Virus record (IMG/VR): IMGVR_UViG_3300023175_000005
Coordinates: 62,001 to 126,000 of that record
DNA: 64,000 nucleotides
Strand: one strand, 5' to 3'
Positions within the stretch are counted from its first letter, which is position 1. Each line of letters opens with the position of its first letter. The position numbers and the translations under genes were made by a program. The notes under the pieces were generated by a model. It saw only the letters and a list, made by a program, of their open reading frames with translations, was not told where the DNA came from and searched no databases. Positions 36,021-46,352 of this stretch are shown in pieces.

Positions 36021-37792
36021 TCTACCACTTCAATGTCGTTTTCGTATGAAGTAAAGCCATTTTCCTTTACAACCTTTAGAATATTGTTTACTCTGCCTAC
36101 TAGTTCGTCTTTATGACTAATCAAATAGATGTTTTTCTGTCTTTCTCTGCCCATCTTCTTTAGTACACTCAAAGAATTCTCGACACCCTGACTGTCCATA
36201 CCACTATCAATAAGTTCGTCAATGAATAATAGGTTCAGTCCTTGGTACAATGACTCCCAAACATCACGGAATGCAAAACTCATACCAAGTATTAGCCTAT
36301 TGCGTTCACCTCTTGACAAGTTATCAAAGTCTAAGTCTTGGCCAAGTTGTGTTATTTCAACGGCTAAGTCGTTTTGGAATGTAACTTGATGAGGTAAGCC
36401 TAACTTATCGAGATAATTCGTAAGCCTGTTGTTTAGATATGCAAGATTTTGATCAATAATCTTCTTTCTTATGAAAGAATCTTTGTTTGTTAGTAGTTTT
36501 AACAAAAACTCTTGGTGTTCTTTGAAAGTATTCAGTTGATTTATAACTGACCAATCGATATCTTGCAGTGCTGTGTTAGTTAAATCGTCAATTTGTGCCT
36601 GATAAGGGTCTTCTTCTTGCTCTTTACTTAGCAATGTATTCTTTAAGTTATCTACGTTGTTTCTATGTTCATATGCTTCACGCATTGTATCATAAAATGT
36701 AGTAGGACGACCGTCAATATCACCAATTATACCCAATTCAACAGCGTTATCATCAAATTTATTTTTTATTTCAATGAAATATGCTCTGGCATCGGCTAGA
36801 TCTTTAGTTTTAGTTGCAAGAATCTCTGCTTTCTTAGTTTCATGTAGTTCTTGACCACATGTATAACAAATAGCATCGTCTAATTCTGCAATGTCTTTAG
36901 TAACCTTTTTTACAGACTTGTCTGCACGTTGTAGTGCAGGCTCTAACGTGCTTAATTCTTTTCTAAGAGCCGTTATTTTGTTGTTTAGTTCTTGCCAATT
37001 CTGTAATTGTTCGTGATTTTCAAGTTCTTTTTCAATATCTACTTGTTCTAGTTCTTTAATACCGTTTTTTAACTTTTCAATGTCTGTTTTTTGCTTTGTT
37101 TTCCATGCAGACTGTCTAGTTCTTAGTGTATTAATACTTTGAGAGATTTTTTCATTAGAAGATTGTATTGCATTAATCTTTAATTGTTCTTCTGTAATGC
37201 TATCTTTGGTATATTTGATTTGTTCTTTAAGATTATCTGCCTTTTCTGATAAAATAGTAATACCTAGCAGTTGCTCAATGACTTCACGTTGATCATTTTG
37301 TCGCATACTTAGGAAAGGCTCGGTGTATGTGTTCAATGCAACCACGTGCTTGAACATATTGTGACTCATTTCAAGTAAACCATTAATAGAGTCTTGTGTT
37401 TTACGGCTATCGCCTTGCGATTCGTCAGTTAAATCTTGTTGTTCGTGGTCGTTTACATAAAATTTTAGTACATTAGGCGATCTTCCACGTTCAATTCGAT
37501 AACTGTTTCCACCTTTTTCAAAGTTTAGTGTAACCAACATGCCCTTACTATTGGTTTTGTTAATCAAGTTATTACGCTTGATGTTTGTTAGTGCTTGGCC
37601 GTACAAGGCATAGGACAATGCATTGATTATCGTAGTTTTACCTGTACCGTTGCGTGATCCTGAATCATCACCTCCTTGGTCTAAGTTTTCACCAAGCACT
37701 AGAGTTAACTGTTCACGGTCAAAGTCAACAGCTTGGGTAACATTACCCACACTCATAAAGTTTTTTACGGTTAAATCTTTAAATTTTATCAT
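36017..37792 (-). CDS. gp46: Rad50/SbcC-like recombination ATPase
   Basis: KNFMSVG, Walker A NGTGKTT, CxxC hook (CYTC), signature LSRGE, Walker B LFIDE, ISH. Confidence 0.95.
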   Translation of the reverse strand: MIKFKDLTVKNFMSVGNVTQAVDFDREQLTLVLGENLDQGGDDSGSRNGTGKTTIINALSYALYGQALTNIKRNNLINKTNSKGMLVTLNFEKGGNSYRIERGRSPNVLKFYVNDHEQQDLTDESQGDSRKTQDSINGLLEMSHNMFKHVVALNTYTEPFLSMRQNDQREVIEQLLGITILSEKADNLKEQIKYTKDSITEEQLKINAIQSSNEKISQSINTLRTRQSAWKTKQKTDIEKLKNGIKELEQVDIEKELENHEQLQNWQELNNKITALRKELSTLEPALQRADKSVKKVTKDIAELDDAICYTCGQELHETKKAEILATKTKDLADARAYFIEIKNKFDDNAVELGIIGDIDGRPTTFYDTMREAYEHRNNVDNLKNTLLSKEQEEDPYQAQIDDLTNTALQDIDWSVINQLNTFKEHQEFLLKLLTNKDSFIRKKIIDQNLAYLNNRLTNYLDKLGLPHQVTFQNDLAVEITQLGQDLDFDNLSRGERNRLILGMSFAFRDVWESLYQGLNLLFIDELIDSGMDSQGVENSLSVLKKMGRERQKNIYLISHKDELVGRVNNILKVVKENGFTSYENDIEVVE

Positions 37793-38802
37793 TATAACTC
37801 TTTGTAAATGTCCAACAGCATCTTTTTATTGAAAGATTCAGAGTCAATTGCAAGAATTTCGTTGCTAACAATTTGATCCACACTCTCAAACTGTGCAATA
37901 TCAAGTTCTGTTGTAATTTCTTCAATTTGTTTTTGTGGTATTAGTGTAATTTCTCTACATTTGTACTGATCTATAAATGTTTCTTTAATAAAACTTGCTT
38001 CTTCGTATGAAATAGGAAGGTCAAGTGTTACCCTCAAGTACATATTAGGTTTGATCAGTGTGTCTTTTTCGTCAATCAACTGAGATAACTTAACTGTACG
38101 AAACTTTGGACAGTCTAGCCAGTTGATATACTCTGGTTCTGCATCGTTCTCACGGTCCAGTATCATCATACCACGGTCATCATCCCAAGTATCTGCATAG
38201 TTGTGTGGGAAAGCATTACCTATGTAGTGGATCTTGCCCTGCCGTTGACGTTTGTGGAAGTGTCCGCTGAACACATACTCTTGATTCTTGAAGTGTTGTG
38301 ACTTTAGTTCACCGTGATCTGGCATCTGCACCATAGCATTCATATAGAAACTAGGTAATTCAAAGTGTCCAAACAAATATTTGGCTTGTATCTTCTCTAT
38401 ACGGCGCCATTCATCGCCTACTAACCAAGGAACTAGTGCTACATCTTCTACAACTTGTATTTCGTTAACAACTGTTATACCTGGAATGTGTTTTGCCCAT
38501 TCGGTGCTTTTAACATCACGTTTATCTTTGTAATACAAATCGTGATTGCCTGCAAACATATAAAAGTTTTCAAATGCTGCACCTAGTTTTTCTAAACTAC
38601 GAATACCTGCATCCATAGTTGTTAAATTAAGACTATTTCTGTTATGATTCCAGTCACCGCAGAAAATACCAGTCTCGCAACCGTTTTCTTTTGCTGTTTC
38701 GATGTACCAGTCTATGAAGTTTTCACAATCTTGGTTATGTACTCGTGAATTACCCTTCATACCAAAGTGTATGTCAGTAAACACTGCTGCTTTTTTAAAC
38801 AA
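37792..38802 (-). CDS. gp47: Mre11/SbcD-like recombination nuclease
   Basis: Metallophosphoesterase motifs TDIHFG, GD, GNHD, GHFE and SGHFH. Confidence 0.95.
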   Translation of the reverse strand: MFKKAAVFTDIHFGMKGNSRVHNQDCENFIDWYIETAKENGCETGIFCGDWNHNRNSLNLTTMDAGIRSLEKLGAAFENFYMFAGNHDLYYKDKRDVKSTEWAKHIPGITVVNEIQVVEDVALVPWLVGDEWRRIEKIQAKYLFGHFELPSFYMNAMVQMPDHGELKSQHFKNQEYVFSGHFHKRQRQGKIHYIGNAFPHNYADTWDDDRGMMILDRENDAEPEYINWLDCPKFRTVKLSQLIDEKDTLIKPNMYLRVTLDLPISYEEASFIKETFIDQYKCREITLIPQKQIEEITTELDIAQFESVDQIVSNEILAIDSESFNKKMLLDIYKEL

Positions 38803-38825
38803 ATTTATACTCCGTATTGAGTTTT

Positions 38826-38854
38826 ATTATAAGATCAAAGGAAAACAAAGTCAA
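38826..38854 (-). promoter_or_regulatory. Sigma70-type promoter for gp47-gp46
   Basis: TTGACT-N17-TATAAT. Confidence 0.75.
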
Positions 38855-38857
38855 CTA

Positions 38858-39685
38858 TTATTTTTTTGAGTCTTCTTCCCAACGTGCCTTAGAACGTTCG
38901 TGTTCGCCTTGGCTTTGTCTTGTGTAACTTGGGTTGAGATTGTTCATTTCTAGGATATCATCTCTAATATTTTGATTTCGTTTTTCTAAATTAATTACTC
39001 TTACAAATGAATTTGTAACTGCGGCTGTATAATAAGCAAATGGGTTTTGTGATTTTGATTCATCAAACTGCAAACCAATTTGTGATAATTGCAAAATAGC
39101 CTGACCTTTCATTTCGTCATTGTACGTGTAGCCACGCACATTTCCTCTAGTTGCATATCTTTCACACAATTTCATCCACATCATTGCTAATTTGTTTGTA
39201 GCCATACCGTGTGTTTTGTCAAAATGTCCATTTTCCATTCCACCTGTCCAATGGCTTTTGCCTACACAGACAAGTTCATCGTTTTCGTTAAACTTGTAGT
39301 GCTGAAATGGAGGAAAATTCAATTTTGTTTTAGTATCTGCAATAGTTTTAGGATTTTTCTTACGTCCTGGTTCTTCTGGAACATGATCAAACGTCATAAT
39401 ACGAAAAATTAGTTCATATTTGCTAATTTTACGGTAATCAACTTCGCATTCGGAGAGTTTTTTCTTGCGTCCAGCAGCTTTTTCTGCTTCATAAATTCTT
39501 TGTGTTTGTTTTTTTGCTTTGTTCTTTTTTGCCTCAGCAATTGTTCTAATGTTTACCTTTTCAATACTAGGTAAAATGATATCATAATCAGCATAACTAT
39601 TATCAGTATAACTGCAAAAAGTATTTTTTGATTTGTGTATCTCGGCTAGAATGTCCTTGTTGTTTAAATAATTGACTTTTTTCAT
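38858..39685 (-). CDS. gp55: Late-transcription sigma factor (start probably ATG 39685)
   Basis: NYLNNKD, YTYNDEM and FDESKSQNPFAYYT...EKR motifs; adjacent to gp47; GGAG RBS. Confidence 0.85.
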   Translation of the reverse strand: MKKVNYLNNKDILAEIHKSKNTFCSYTDNSYADYDIILPSIEKVNIRTIAEAKKNKAKKQTQRIYEAEKAAGRKKKLSECEVDYRKISKYELIFRIMTFDHVPEEPGRKKNPKTIADTKTKLNFPPFQHYKFNENDELVCVGKSHWTGGMENGHFDKTHGMATNKLAMMWMKLCERYATRGNVRGYTYNDEMKGQAILQLSQIGLQFDESKSQNPFAYYTAAVTNSFVRVINLEKRNQNIRDDILEMNNLNPSYTRQSQGEHERSKARWEEDSKK

Positions 39686-39708
39686 TTTTTCTCCAAGTTG
39701 ATACACAT

Positions 39709-39744
39709 ATAATAATATATGTATTTAATTTTGTCAACTAAATA
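39709..39744. promoter_or_regulatory. Overlapping promoters: sigma70-type for gp55 (-) and late-type for the baseplate operon (+)
   Basis: Minus: TTGACA-N17-TATTAT (39737-39709). Plus: TAAATA at 39739. Confidence 0.65.
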
Positions 39745-39762
39745 TATGTAGGAGATTCGATT

Positions 39763-40791
39763 ATGGGAATAGTAAGAGATAGCAAAGGGAATCCTGTTAG
39801 AGACAGTAGCGGTAATGCAGTTAGAACAGGCACTTCTCGAGGAAATTCGCCTGCACAAAGAAACAATGCACAGCCTCTTGATCCAAGAGTTGCTAGTGCT
39901 GTAAACGCAGGCGCAAATCAATTTCTTCAAACAGCATCAGGTAGAATTAAAAATCCTTTTTTAAAATCATTGTTTAATTTAGGTGCTGCTGCAATGAAAA
40001 GTGAAATGCGTAAAAGCACATCTCTTAACACTCTTACTAATAGACAAAATCAAATTAGCACACAAAGACAAAACTCGTATGGTTTATCAACTAATGTAGC
40101 AAAGTCATCTTATGCAGCCAACAGTAGATCTACTACAGATGATTGGCGTGTTAAAATTAAATTACCTAATATTTCAAGTTTTCAGACTAGTCCACAACTA
40201 AATCCTTTGGTTGTTAAAACAGACGGATACATGGTATTTCCAACATTACCGCAACTTCTTGTTACACATGGAGCAAACTATGATGTAATGAGTCCAACTC
40301 ATACAAATTATGGCTATCAAATCTATCAAAACAGTCAAGTTGAAGATTTGACAATTGCTTGTGAATGGCCAGTAGAAAACGAACAAGATGGATTGTATTG
40401 GATAGCAGCAACACACTTTTTAAGAAGTGTTTCTAAAATGTTTTACGGTAGTGATGCACAAAGTAATTTAGGTGCTCCGCCGCCTGTTGTTGAATTGTCA
40501 GGATATGGCGACTTTATATTTCCAAATGTTCCGATTGTAATTAAAATGTTCTCTTTAGATCTAAATGATGGTGTTGATTATATCAAAGTACCATTGTACA
40601 ATAGGTCTCAATTTGATGGAACAGCAGAAACTTACGGCGCAAGTCAAGGATATGATTATAGTTACGTTCCGACACTAAGCAGATTGTCAATTGTTGCAGG
40701 TATTGCACTAAGCAGAAATGAAGTAAGTCAGTTTAACTTAGACAGTTATGTGCAAGGCGATTATATTCAAGGTAATGGGAGATTTATCTAA
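39763..40791 (+). CDS. Baseplate tail-tube cap/initiator (gp48/gp54-like)
   Basis: VFPTLP, PTHTNY, HFLRSVSKMFYG and GAPPPVVELSGYG motifs; first gene of the baseplate operon. Confidence 0.6.
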   Translation: MGIVRDSKGNPVRDSSGNAVRTGTSRGNSPAQRNNAQPLDPRVASAVNAGANQFLQTASGRIKNPFLKSLFNLGAAAMKSEMRKSTSLNTLTNRQNQISTQRQNSYGLSTNVAKSSYAANSRSTTDDWRVKIKLPNISSFQTSPQLNPLVVKTDGYMVFPTLPQLLVTHGANYDVMSPTHTNYGYQIYQNSQVEDLTIACEWPVENEQDGLYWIAATHFLRSVSKMFYGSDAQSNLGAPPPVVELSGYGDFIFPNVPIVIKMFSLDLNDGVDYIKVPLYNRSQFDGTAETYGASQGYDYSYVPTLSRLSIVAGIALSRNEVSQFNLDSYVQGDYIQGNGRFI

Positions 40792-41090
40792 TGCCATATG
40801 CAAACACTAGTCCATATTCACAAACAAAATATACTAGAAACGGAGCATTAGGTATATTTTCACCTAGATTTATACCCGAAACAGAAGACGATATTTTATA
40901 TACAATAGAACCTGTTTATAATTATAGACCAGACTTGCTTGCTTTTGATGTGTACGAAACACCTAAACTATGGTGGGTATTTGCACAACGTAATATGGAT
41001 ATTTTAAAAGATCCTGTATTTGATTTTAAAACAGGAACACAAATATATTTGCCAAAAAAATCTACATTGTTATCAGTATTAGGAGTTTAG
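40791..41090 (+). CDS. gp53: Baseplate wedge subunit, gp53-like (LysM-like)
   Basis: YRPDLLAFDVYETPKLWWVFAQRN...IYLP motif. Confidence 0.8.
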   Translation: MPYANTSPYSQTKYTRNGALGIFSPRFIPETEDDILYTIEPVYNYRPDLLAFDVYETPKLWWVFAQRNMDILKDPVFDFKTGTQIYLPKKSTLLSVLGV

Positions 41091-41091
41091 T

Positions 41092-43857
41092 ATGGCGATG
41101 CAGCCAAATATATTAAACCAATTTAGGAGTTGCAACTATAGATGGTCTCTTGGAGTTTTAGAACCTCAAGATTACAACGAAAGTGGTTTTTTAAATTATA
41201 AACCAAACCTTATTATTAGAGATGGCGGCATCGGTCAAAAAACTGTTTTAACAGAATTAGAAAAACAATACGGACAAGTTGAATTTTTTATGGATGATGT
41301 TGAAATAGAAGGGTTGTATAATCCAAATCCTGCAACAGGTACAACAAATAATGTAACATTTCAATTTAATGTTTACGAACCATACAGTGTTGGGTTGTTT
41401 TTACAAGCACTTGCAATTGGTGCGTTGCAAGCAGGGTATGCGAATTATATTGAAGCACCGTTTTATATTTCTGTAGATTGGATCGGACATACAGATCAAG
41501 GAGAGCATGGCAAAACGGTAAGTAGTAGAGGTTATGCAATTAAATGGGTTGATATACAATTCAGTGTAGATGCAGGAGGAGCAAATTATAGTTGCACTGC
41601 TACACCTTTCAACCATTTAAATTTACTAGACCAAATTGCTAATATGCAGACTACAACAAGTATTTCTGGTACAAGTGTTGTAGAGGTTTTACAAAAAGGT
41701 GATAATAGTTTAACTTCTAGTCTAAATAGAATAGAAGAAAAGGCAGTTAGAGAAGGCAAGAAACTTGTAGGCGATAGATATACAATTGTTTTTCCAAAAA
41801 ATCCTGAAGGCGGCTTAATTAATGAAGATGATATTTTTATTCCCGAAATTGATCCTGTTCTAAATGCACCTATAGGATATTTTCAAGGAGCAGTTGATCC
41901 TGCACTTGCAAGAGCACAAAAAGATTCCTTACGCAGACAATTAGACACTGTGATTTCTAATATAGATGCACTGGATGATTTATCAGGGGTTGGAGATCGT
42001 GCAATTTCAGAAGCAGCACGAGCAAATTTAGAAAAAGAAAGACAAGAGATACAATCTCGTCTTAATGGTCCTGCTACACCTACAGTAACAGATACAGGAT
42101 TAGGAATACCAGGTAGGATAGAATCTTTTAGAGCAGCTGAGCAATCTGGCAATGTTCAGTATGGAGATTTCTCAGCAGCAGATGTTACACTGTTCCAAGA
42201 TGCAAATTCTAATTACATCGGAAACAGTCCTATTGTAAGAACATTTGAAGATCCTGGCAACATACGTTTTGCATTTGAAAACAGTAGTTGGGATGAAACT
42301 ACAAGAACAATTAGAGATGCTCAATTTACAATTGATCCGTTGACAAGAGATTTTGTATTTCCGCAAAATACAAGTATACCGATAATAATTGAAGATGTAA
42401 TTTTAACTAGTGAATGGGGAAGAAGTTTAATTGAACAATATCCTGATTCTGATGGTATGATGACATGGTTTAAAATCGATGTAAAAAACAGAATACTTGA
42501 TACTATTGAAATGACAAAAAGTGGTAGATCTGCTATGGAGTTTCAGTACATTGTAATTCCTTATAAAGTACATTCTAGTGTTTTTGGTGCTCCTACAATT
42601 CAAACTAATTATTCGCAAAGGGCGTTAAATTTAGACAAAGGATATTTTTATTCTTATACTGGAAGAAATACTGATATTATTGATTTTAATTTTACAATTG
42701 ATAATAGTTTTCACAAACCTTGGACTAATATACAATCAGGAGAAGATAGCGATGTACCAAATGTTACAAATAATAAAGTAACTTCAAAATCAGGTACTAA
42801 CATTCCTCCTAATGCAAATGCTGGAATTAGGAATGTAGTATATCCATATACATTAGATATGGCAAATTCAGGCGGCGCGAGGATAAGCACGAACACTAGA
42901 AGAATAGCAGAACTTTTTAATAATTTAATTCTTAACAGTGATACAGAAAATGTGTCATTAGAATTAACAATTTGGGGAGATCCTTACTATATGGCAGAAT
43001 CTGATGCAAGTAATTTTAGATTACCTGCTGATCAATCTAGATCATATGTTGCTGGAAATGTTCAAGCACCGTTTGTTTATGAACAAGTAGATATTCTTGT
43101 GTATTTTAGAACTGGATTTGACTATAGACAAGGACAAATGGTAATAGACTCTTTACAACAGTTTACAGGTTTATATAATATTGTTACTGTTAGAAATAGT
43201 TTTTCGAAAGGCAGATTTACACAAACACTGGAATTAGTAAGACGTCCAGGACAAGACGAACAAACACTTAATTCTATTGCAAGTTTGTTTGATGAAAATC
43301 TTTCTGGAGATTTAGCAACACAATTAATTAACCAATCGATTATAAATGTAGTAGATGACTTTAATAAAATACTTGAAAGACTACCACAAGAATATTTGAA
43401 AGTTACAGGATTGGAAAGAATAGATATACAAAAAGTTGTATCTGCAAGTGTAGATAATTTGTTCCAAAGAACAGGCGGAGAATATGGTGATTTTGTAGGA
43501 TTTTTTAGAGACGTAACAACAAATGCACTTGCACCTGCAATAAATGTTCTAGGAGGAAATGTTAGCGATTTAGGAAATTTCCAACTACCAAATGAAGTTG
43601 GATCTAATGCATTAAATCAACTTCGACAGAAGGTGTTAGAAAGAGGTGCAGTAGACGGATCAGAAATTGCTCAAGATATTTTTAAGGCAAAAATGGAAGC
43701 ATTAGATGGAGCAATAGAAACAGCAATAAGTGGAGCATTAGACGAAGCAGCAAATCAAGTTGCACCTGTGCTAAATGATATTGTAACAGCAGGAAAAAAT
43801 GCAGCACCTGATGTGTATAATACTGCAAGAAAAATGACAAGAGGATTTTTCACATAA
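41092..43857 (+). CDS. Baseplate hub protein (gp27/gpD-like)
   Basis: Lies between gp53 and gp5; LELTIWGDP and FTGLYNIVTVRNSFSKGRFTQTLELVR motifs. Confidence 0.6.
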   Translation: MAMQPNILNQFRSCNYRWSLGVLEPQDYNESGFLNYKPNLIIRDGGIGQKTVLTELEKQYGQVEFFMDDVEIEGLYNPNPATGTTNNVTFQFNVYEPYSVGLFLQALAIGALQAGYANYIEAPFYISVDWIGHTDQGEHGKTVSSRGYAIKWVDIQFSVDAGGANYSCTATPFNHLNLLDQIANMQTTTSISGTSVVEVLQKGDNSLTSSLNRIEEKAVREGKKLVGDRYTIVFPKNPEGGLINEDDIFIPEIDPVLNAPIGYFQGAVDPALARAQKDSLRRQLDTVISNIDALDDLSGVGDRAISEAARANLEKERQEIQSRLNGPATPTVTDTGLGIPGRIESFRAAEQSGNVQYGDFSAADVTLFQDANSNYIGNSPIVRTFEDPGNIRFAFENSSWDETTRTIRDAQFTIDPLTRDFVFPQNTSIPIIIEDVILTSEWGRSLIEQYPDSDGMMTWFKIDVKNRILDTIEMTKSGRSAMEFQYIVIPYKVHSSVFGAPTIQTNYSQRALNLDKGYFYSYTGRNTDIIDFNFTIDNSFHKPWTNIQSGEDSDVPNVTNNKVTSKSGTNIPPNANAGIRNVVYPYTLDMANSGGARISTNTRRIAELFNNLILNSDTENVSLELTIWGDPYYMAESDASNFRLPADQSRSYVAGNVQAPFVYEQVDILVYFRTGFDYRQGQMVIDSLQQFTGLYNIVTVRNSFSKGRFTQTLELVRRPGQDEQTLNSIASLFDENLSGDLATQLINQSIINVVDDFNKILERLPQEYLKVTGLERIDIQKVVSASVDNLFQRTGGEYGDFVGFFRDVTTNALAPAINVLGGNVSDLGNFQLPNEVGSNALNQLRQKVLERGAVDGSEIAQDIFKAKMEALDGAIETAISGALDEAANQVAPVLNDIVTAGKNAAPDVYNTARKMTRGFFT

Positions 43858-46349
43858 TGATAGCACCTAAACCTATAAGAACAGAACTTGGTAGAACTAG
43901 TAGAGAAGCAGCGCAACCGCATACTCCTGGTACATATCTTGCTAAAGTTGTAAGTCATTTAGATCAAAGATTTATGGGCGCTCTTAGAGTGCAAATTATT
44001 AAGACAAGATCTAGTGCTGATGACGATTCAGATCCTGGACAAGTTGTTGATGCATTTTATGCAAGTCCGTTTTTTGGTACCACACCACTTACAGGTGCAA
44101 CAGGACCAAACGATTATACTCATACACAACAAAGTTACGGATTTTGGGCAGTACCGCCAGATCCTGGATCACGTGTTCTTGTAACATTTGTCGAAGGCAG
44201 ACATGACTATTGTTTTTGGTTTGCATGTGTGCCAGATGAATATATGAATTTTACTGTGCCTGCAGGTAATACTGCAACTGCTGTTACAGATCCTACAATG
44301 ACACCTGGTACACTACTCGGTAAAAAATTACCAGTGGGAGAGTACAATAAAAATAGAGTAGATCCGCAAGGACAAAAACAACCAACATACTATCCTAAAC
44401 CTCCAAATGATAGGATAACAGATCAATTGTTTAAAGCAGGTTTATTAGATGATGATACAAGAGGACTAACAACAAGCGGTGCAAGACGTGAAGCACCTAG
44501 TAATGTATATGGAATGAACACTCCGGGCCCACTTTATAAAGGTCCTGGTGCTCCTAGAGTAGATAAAGGTGTTGCAGGTGCTACAGCATCTATGTTCTCA
44601 AGTAGGATAGGCGGCCATAGTATTGTTATGGACGACGGCGATGAAAAAATACTACGTAGAGGTCCTGCACGTGAAACACCATCTGAATATGTGCCTTTAG
44701 AACAAAACGAAGGTGGCGGTAATTATGAAATACCTGCAAATGAACTGTTTAGAATTCGTACTCGCACAGGACATCAAATTTTATTACATAACAGTGAAGA
44801 TTTAATTTACATAGGAAACGCAGGAGGCACTGCATGGATTGAACTTACAGCAAATGGAAAAATTGACATTTATTCTCATGATAGTGTAAGTATACACTCT
44901 GAAAACGATTTAAATTTTGTTGCTGATAGAGACATTAATTTAACTGCCTATGAAGATATGAATATCATAGTTGGTAAAGAATTAAGAATAGATGCTGGAG
45001 ATCAAATAGGACTAACAAGTGGTGCAAAAATTGCAGCAAATGCTGAAGAAGGTATTAGTTTATCTGCTGGTACGTTTTTAGCAGGATATGCACCTGATAA
45101 TGTAAGTTTTATTTCCCAAAACACAGCAGACTTTTTAGCAGAATCTACAGTTAATATCGGATCAGCCGCAGGAGAAGTTGCGATTGAAGGTTGTTCTTAT
45201 GTTAAAATTGCAACTGACGGTGATTTCCATACAAAAGCATTGGGAACAATTTTTATGCAAAGTGATGAATCTAGCATTAATTTGTTAGCAAAACTTTCAA
45301 CAAAAATTACTGCTGATAATACTGTAGAAATTAAAAGCACAGGTGCTGCAATGAAACTTTATTCCGCAGCAACAATGAGTTTAAAAGCAGACGGAGCAAA
45401 TATACAAGCAACAGGAACTAATATTCATCTTAACACAGCAGGAAGTCCTGCAGATACTGCTAGTAATGCACAAGCAGCAACACTTCCTGCTGTACCTGAT
45501 CCTGCGCTGCCTGAAAGTCCTGCAAGAGCAAAACAAGCCGCAAGACAACCAATGCACGAACCTTGGTATCAGCACGAAAATCTAAATCCAACGGAATATA
45601 CTCCAGAAAAAACAAGAGCAGGTCAACAGCAAATTGATACATTTGTTGATGCTGTGCCTGATACTTATTTGCCTCCACAAAATCAGCCATCGGTTGGCAG
45701 AACACAAAGTCAGCAGCGTCCACAACAAGATTTTGCAGGACCTCCTGGCGCATATACAGATCCAAATGCTAATGTACCTAGAGCACAAGGCGGAACACCA
45801 GCAGAACCTTTAACTGCTGCACCTGGGCGTATTCCTGGATTCACAGAACAAGAAACATTAATTTATCTAAATGCTCTAGGTCAAAGAGAAAGTGGAAATT
45901 CATATGACGTTGTAAACAGTATATGTTTTGCAGGAAAATACCAATTTGGACACGCTGCACTTGAAGACATGGGATATATTAGATCGGGAACATTTGCAAG
46001 AGGGTTAAGAAACTGCACTGTTATGCGTGATTCTTCATTCTGGACAGGAAGAGACGGCATTTCAAGTTTACAAGATTGGCTAGGCAGTCCAGATGTTCAA
46101 GAAGCAACAATAATTAGATACACAACACAAAATTTAAATACACTACGTAGAATTGACGCTTTGTTTGCAGGCGATAGTGTAAGTGTTATTTCAGGATTGC
46201 TAATGGCAGCACACCTTAAAGGCCCAGGAGATGTAAAAGATTGGCGAGTCGGTAATTTAGTAAATCCTGATGCATATGGAACTACAGTGCAAGCTTATTA
46301 TAATTTAGGAAGGTCGACAATTTCAAATGAAACAGTATGGAGTGCATAA
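43857..46349 (+). CDS. gp5: Baseplate central spike (gp5/VgrG-like) with a C-terminal lysozyme-like domain
   Basis: OB-fold (VPPDPGSRVLVTF), RIRTRTGHQILL, beta-helix repeats, HEPW motif, and LGQRESG...GKYQFG lysozyme-like motif. Confidence 0.8.
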   Translation: MIAPKPIRTELGRTSREAAQPHTPGTYLAKVVSHLDQRFMGALRVQIIKTRSSADDDSDPGQVVDAFYASPFFGTTPLTGATGPNDYTHTQQSYGFWAVPPDPGSRVLVTFVEGRHDYCFWFACVPDEYMNFTVPAGNTATAVTDPTMTPGTLLGKKLPVGEYNKNRVDPQGQKQPTYYPKPPNDRITDQLFKAGLLDDDTRGLTTSGARREAPSNVYGMNTPGPLYKGPGAPRVDKGVAGATASMFSSRIGGHSIVMDDGDEKILRRGPARETPSEYVPLEQNEGGGNYEIPANELFRIRTRTGHQILLHNSEDLIYIGNAGGTAWIELTANGKIDIYSHDSVSIHSENDLNFVADRDINLTAYEDMNIIVGKELRIDAGDQIGLTSGAKIAANAEEGISLSAGTFLAGYAPDNVSFISQNTADFLAESTVNIGSAAGEVAIEGCSYVKIATDGDFHTKALGTIFMQSDESSINLLAKLSTKITADNTVEIKSTGAAMKLYSAATMSLKADGANIQATGTNIHLNTAGSPADTASNAQAATLPAVPDPALPESPARAKQAARQPMHEPWYQHENLNPTEYTPEKTRAGQQQIDTFVDAVPDTYLPPQNQPSVGRTQSQQRPQQDFAGPPGAYTDPNANVPRAQGGTPAEPLTAAPGRIPGFTEQETLIYLNALGQRESGNSYDVVNSICFAGKYQFGHAALEDMGYIRSGTFARGLRNCTVMRDSSFWTGRDGISSLQDWLGSPDVQEATIIRYTTQNLNTLRRIDALFAGDSVSVISGLLMAAHLKGPGDVKDWRVGNLVNPDAYGTTVQAYYNLGRSTISNETVWSA

Positions 46350-46352
46350 AAA

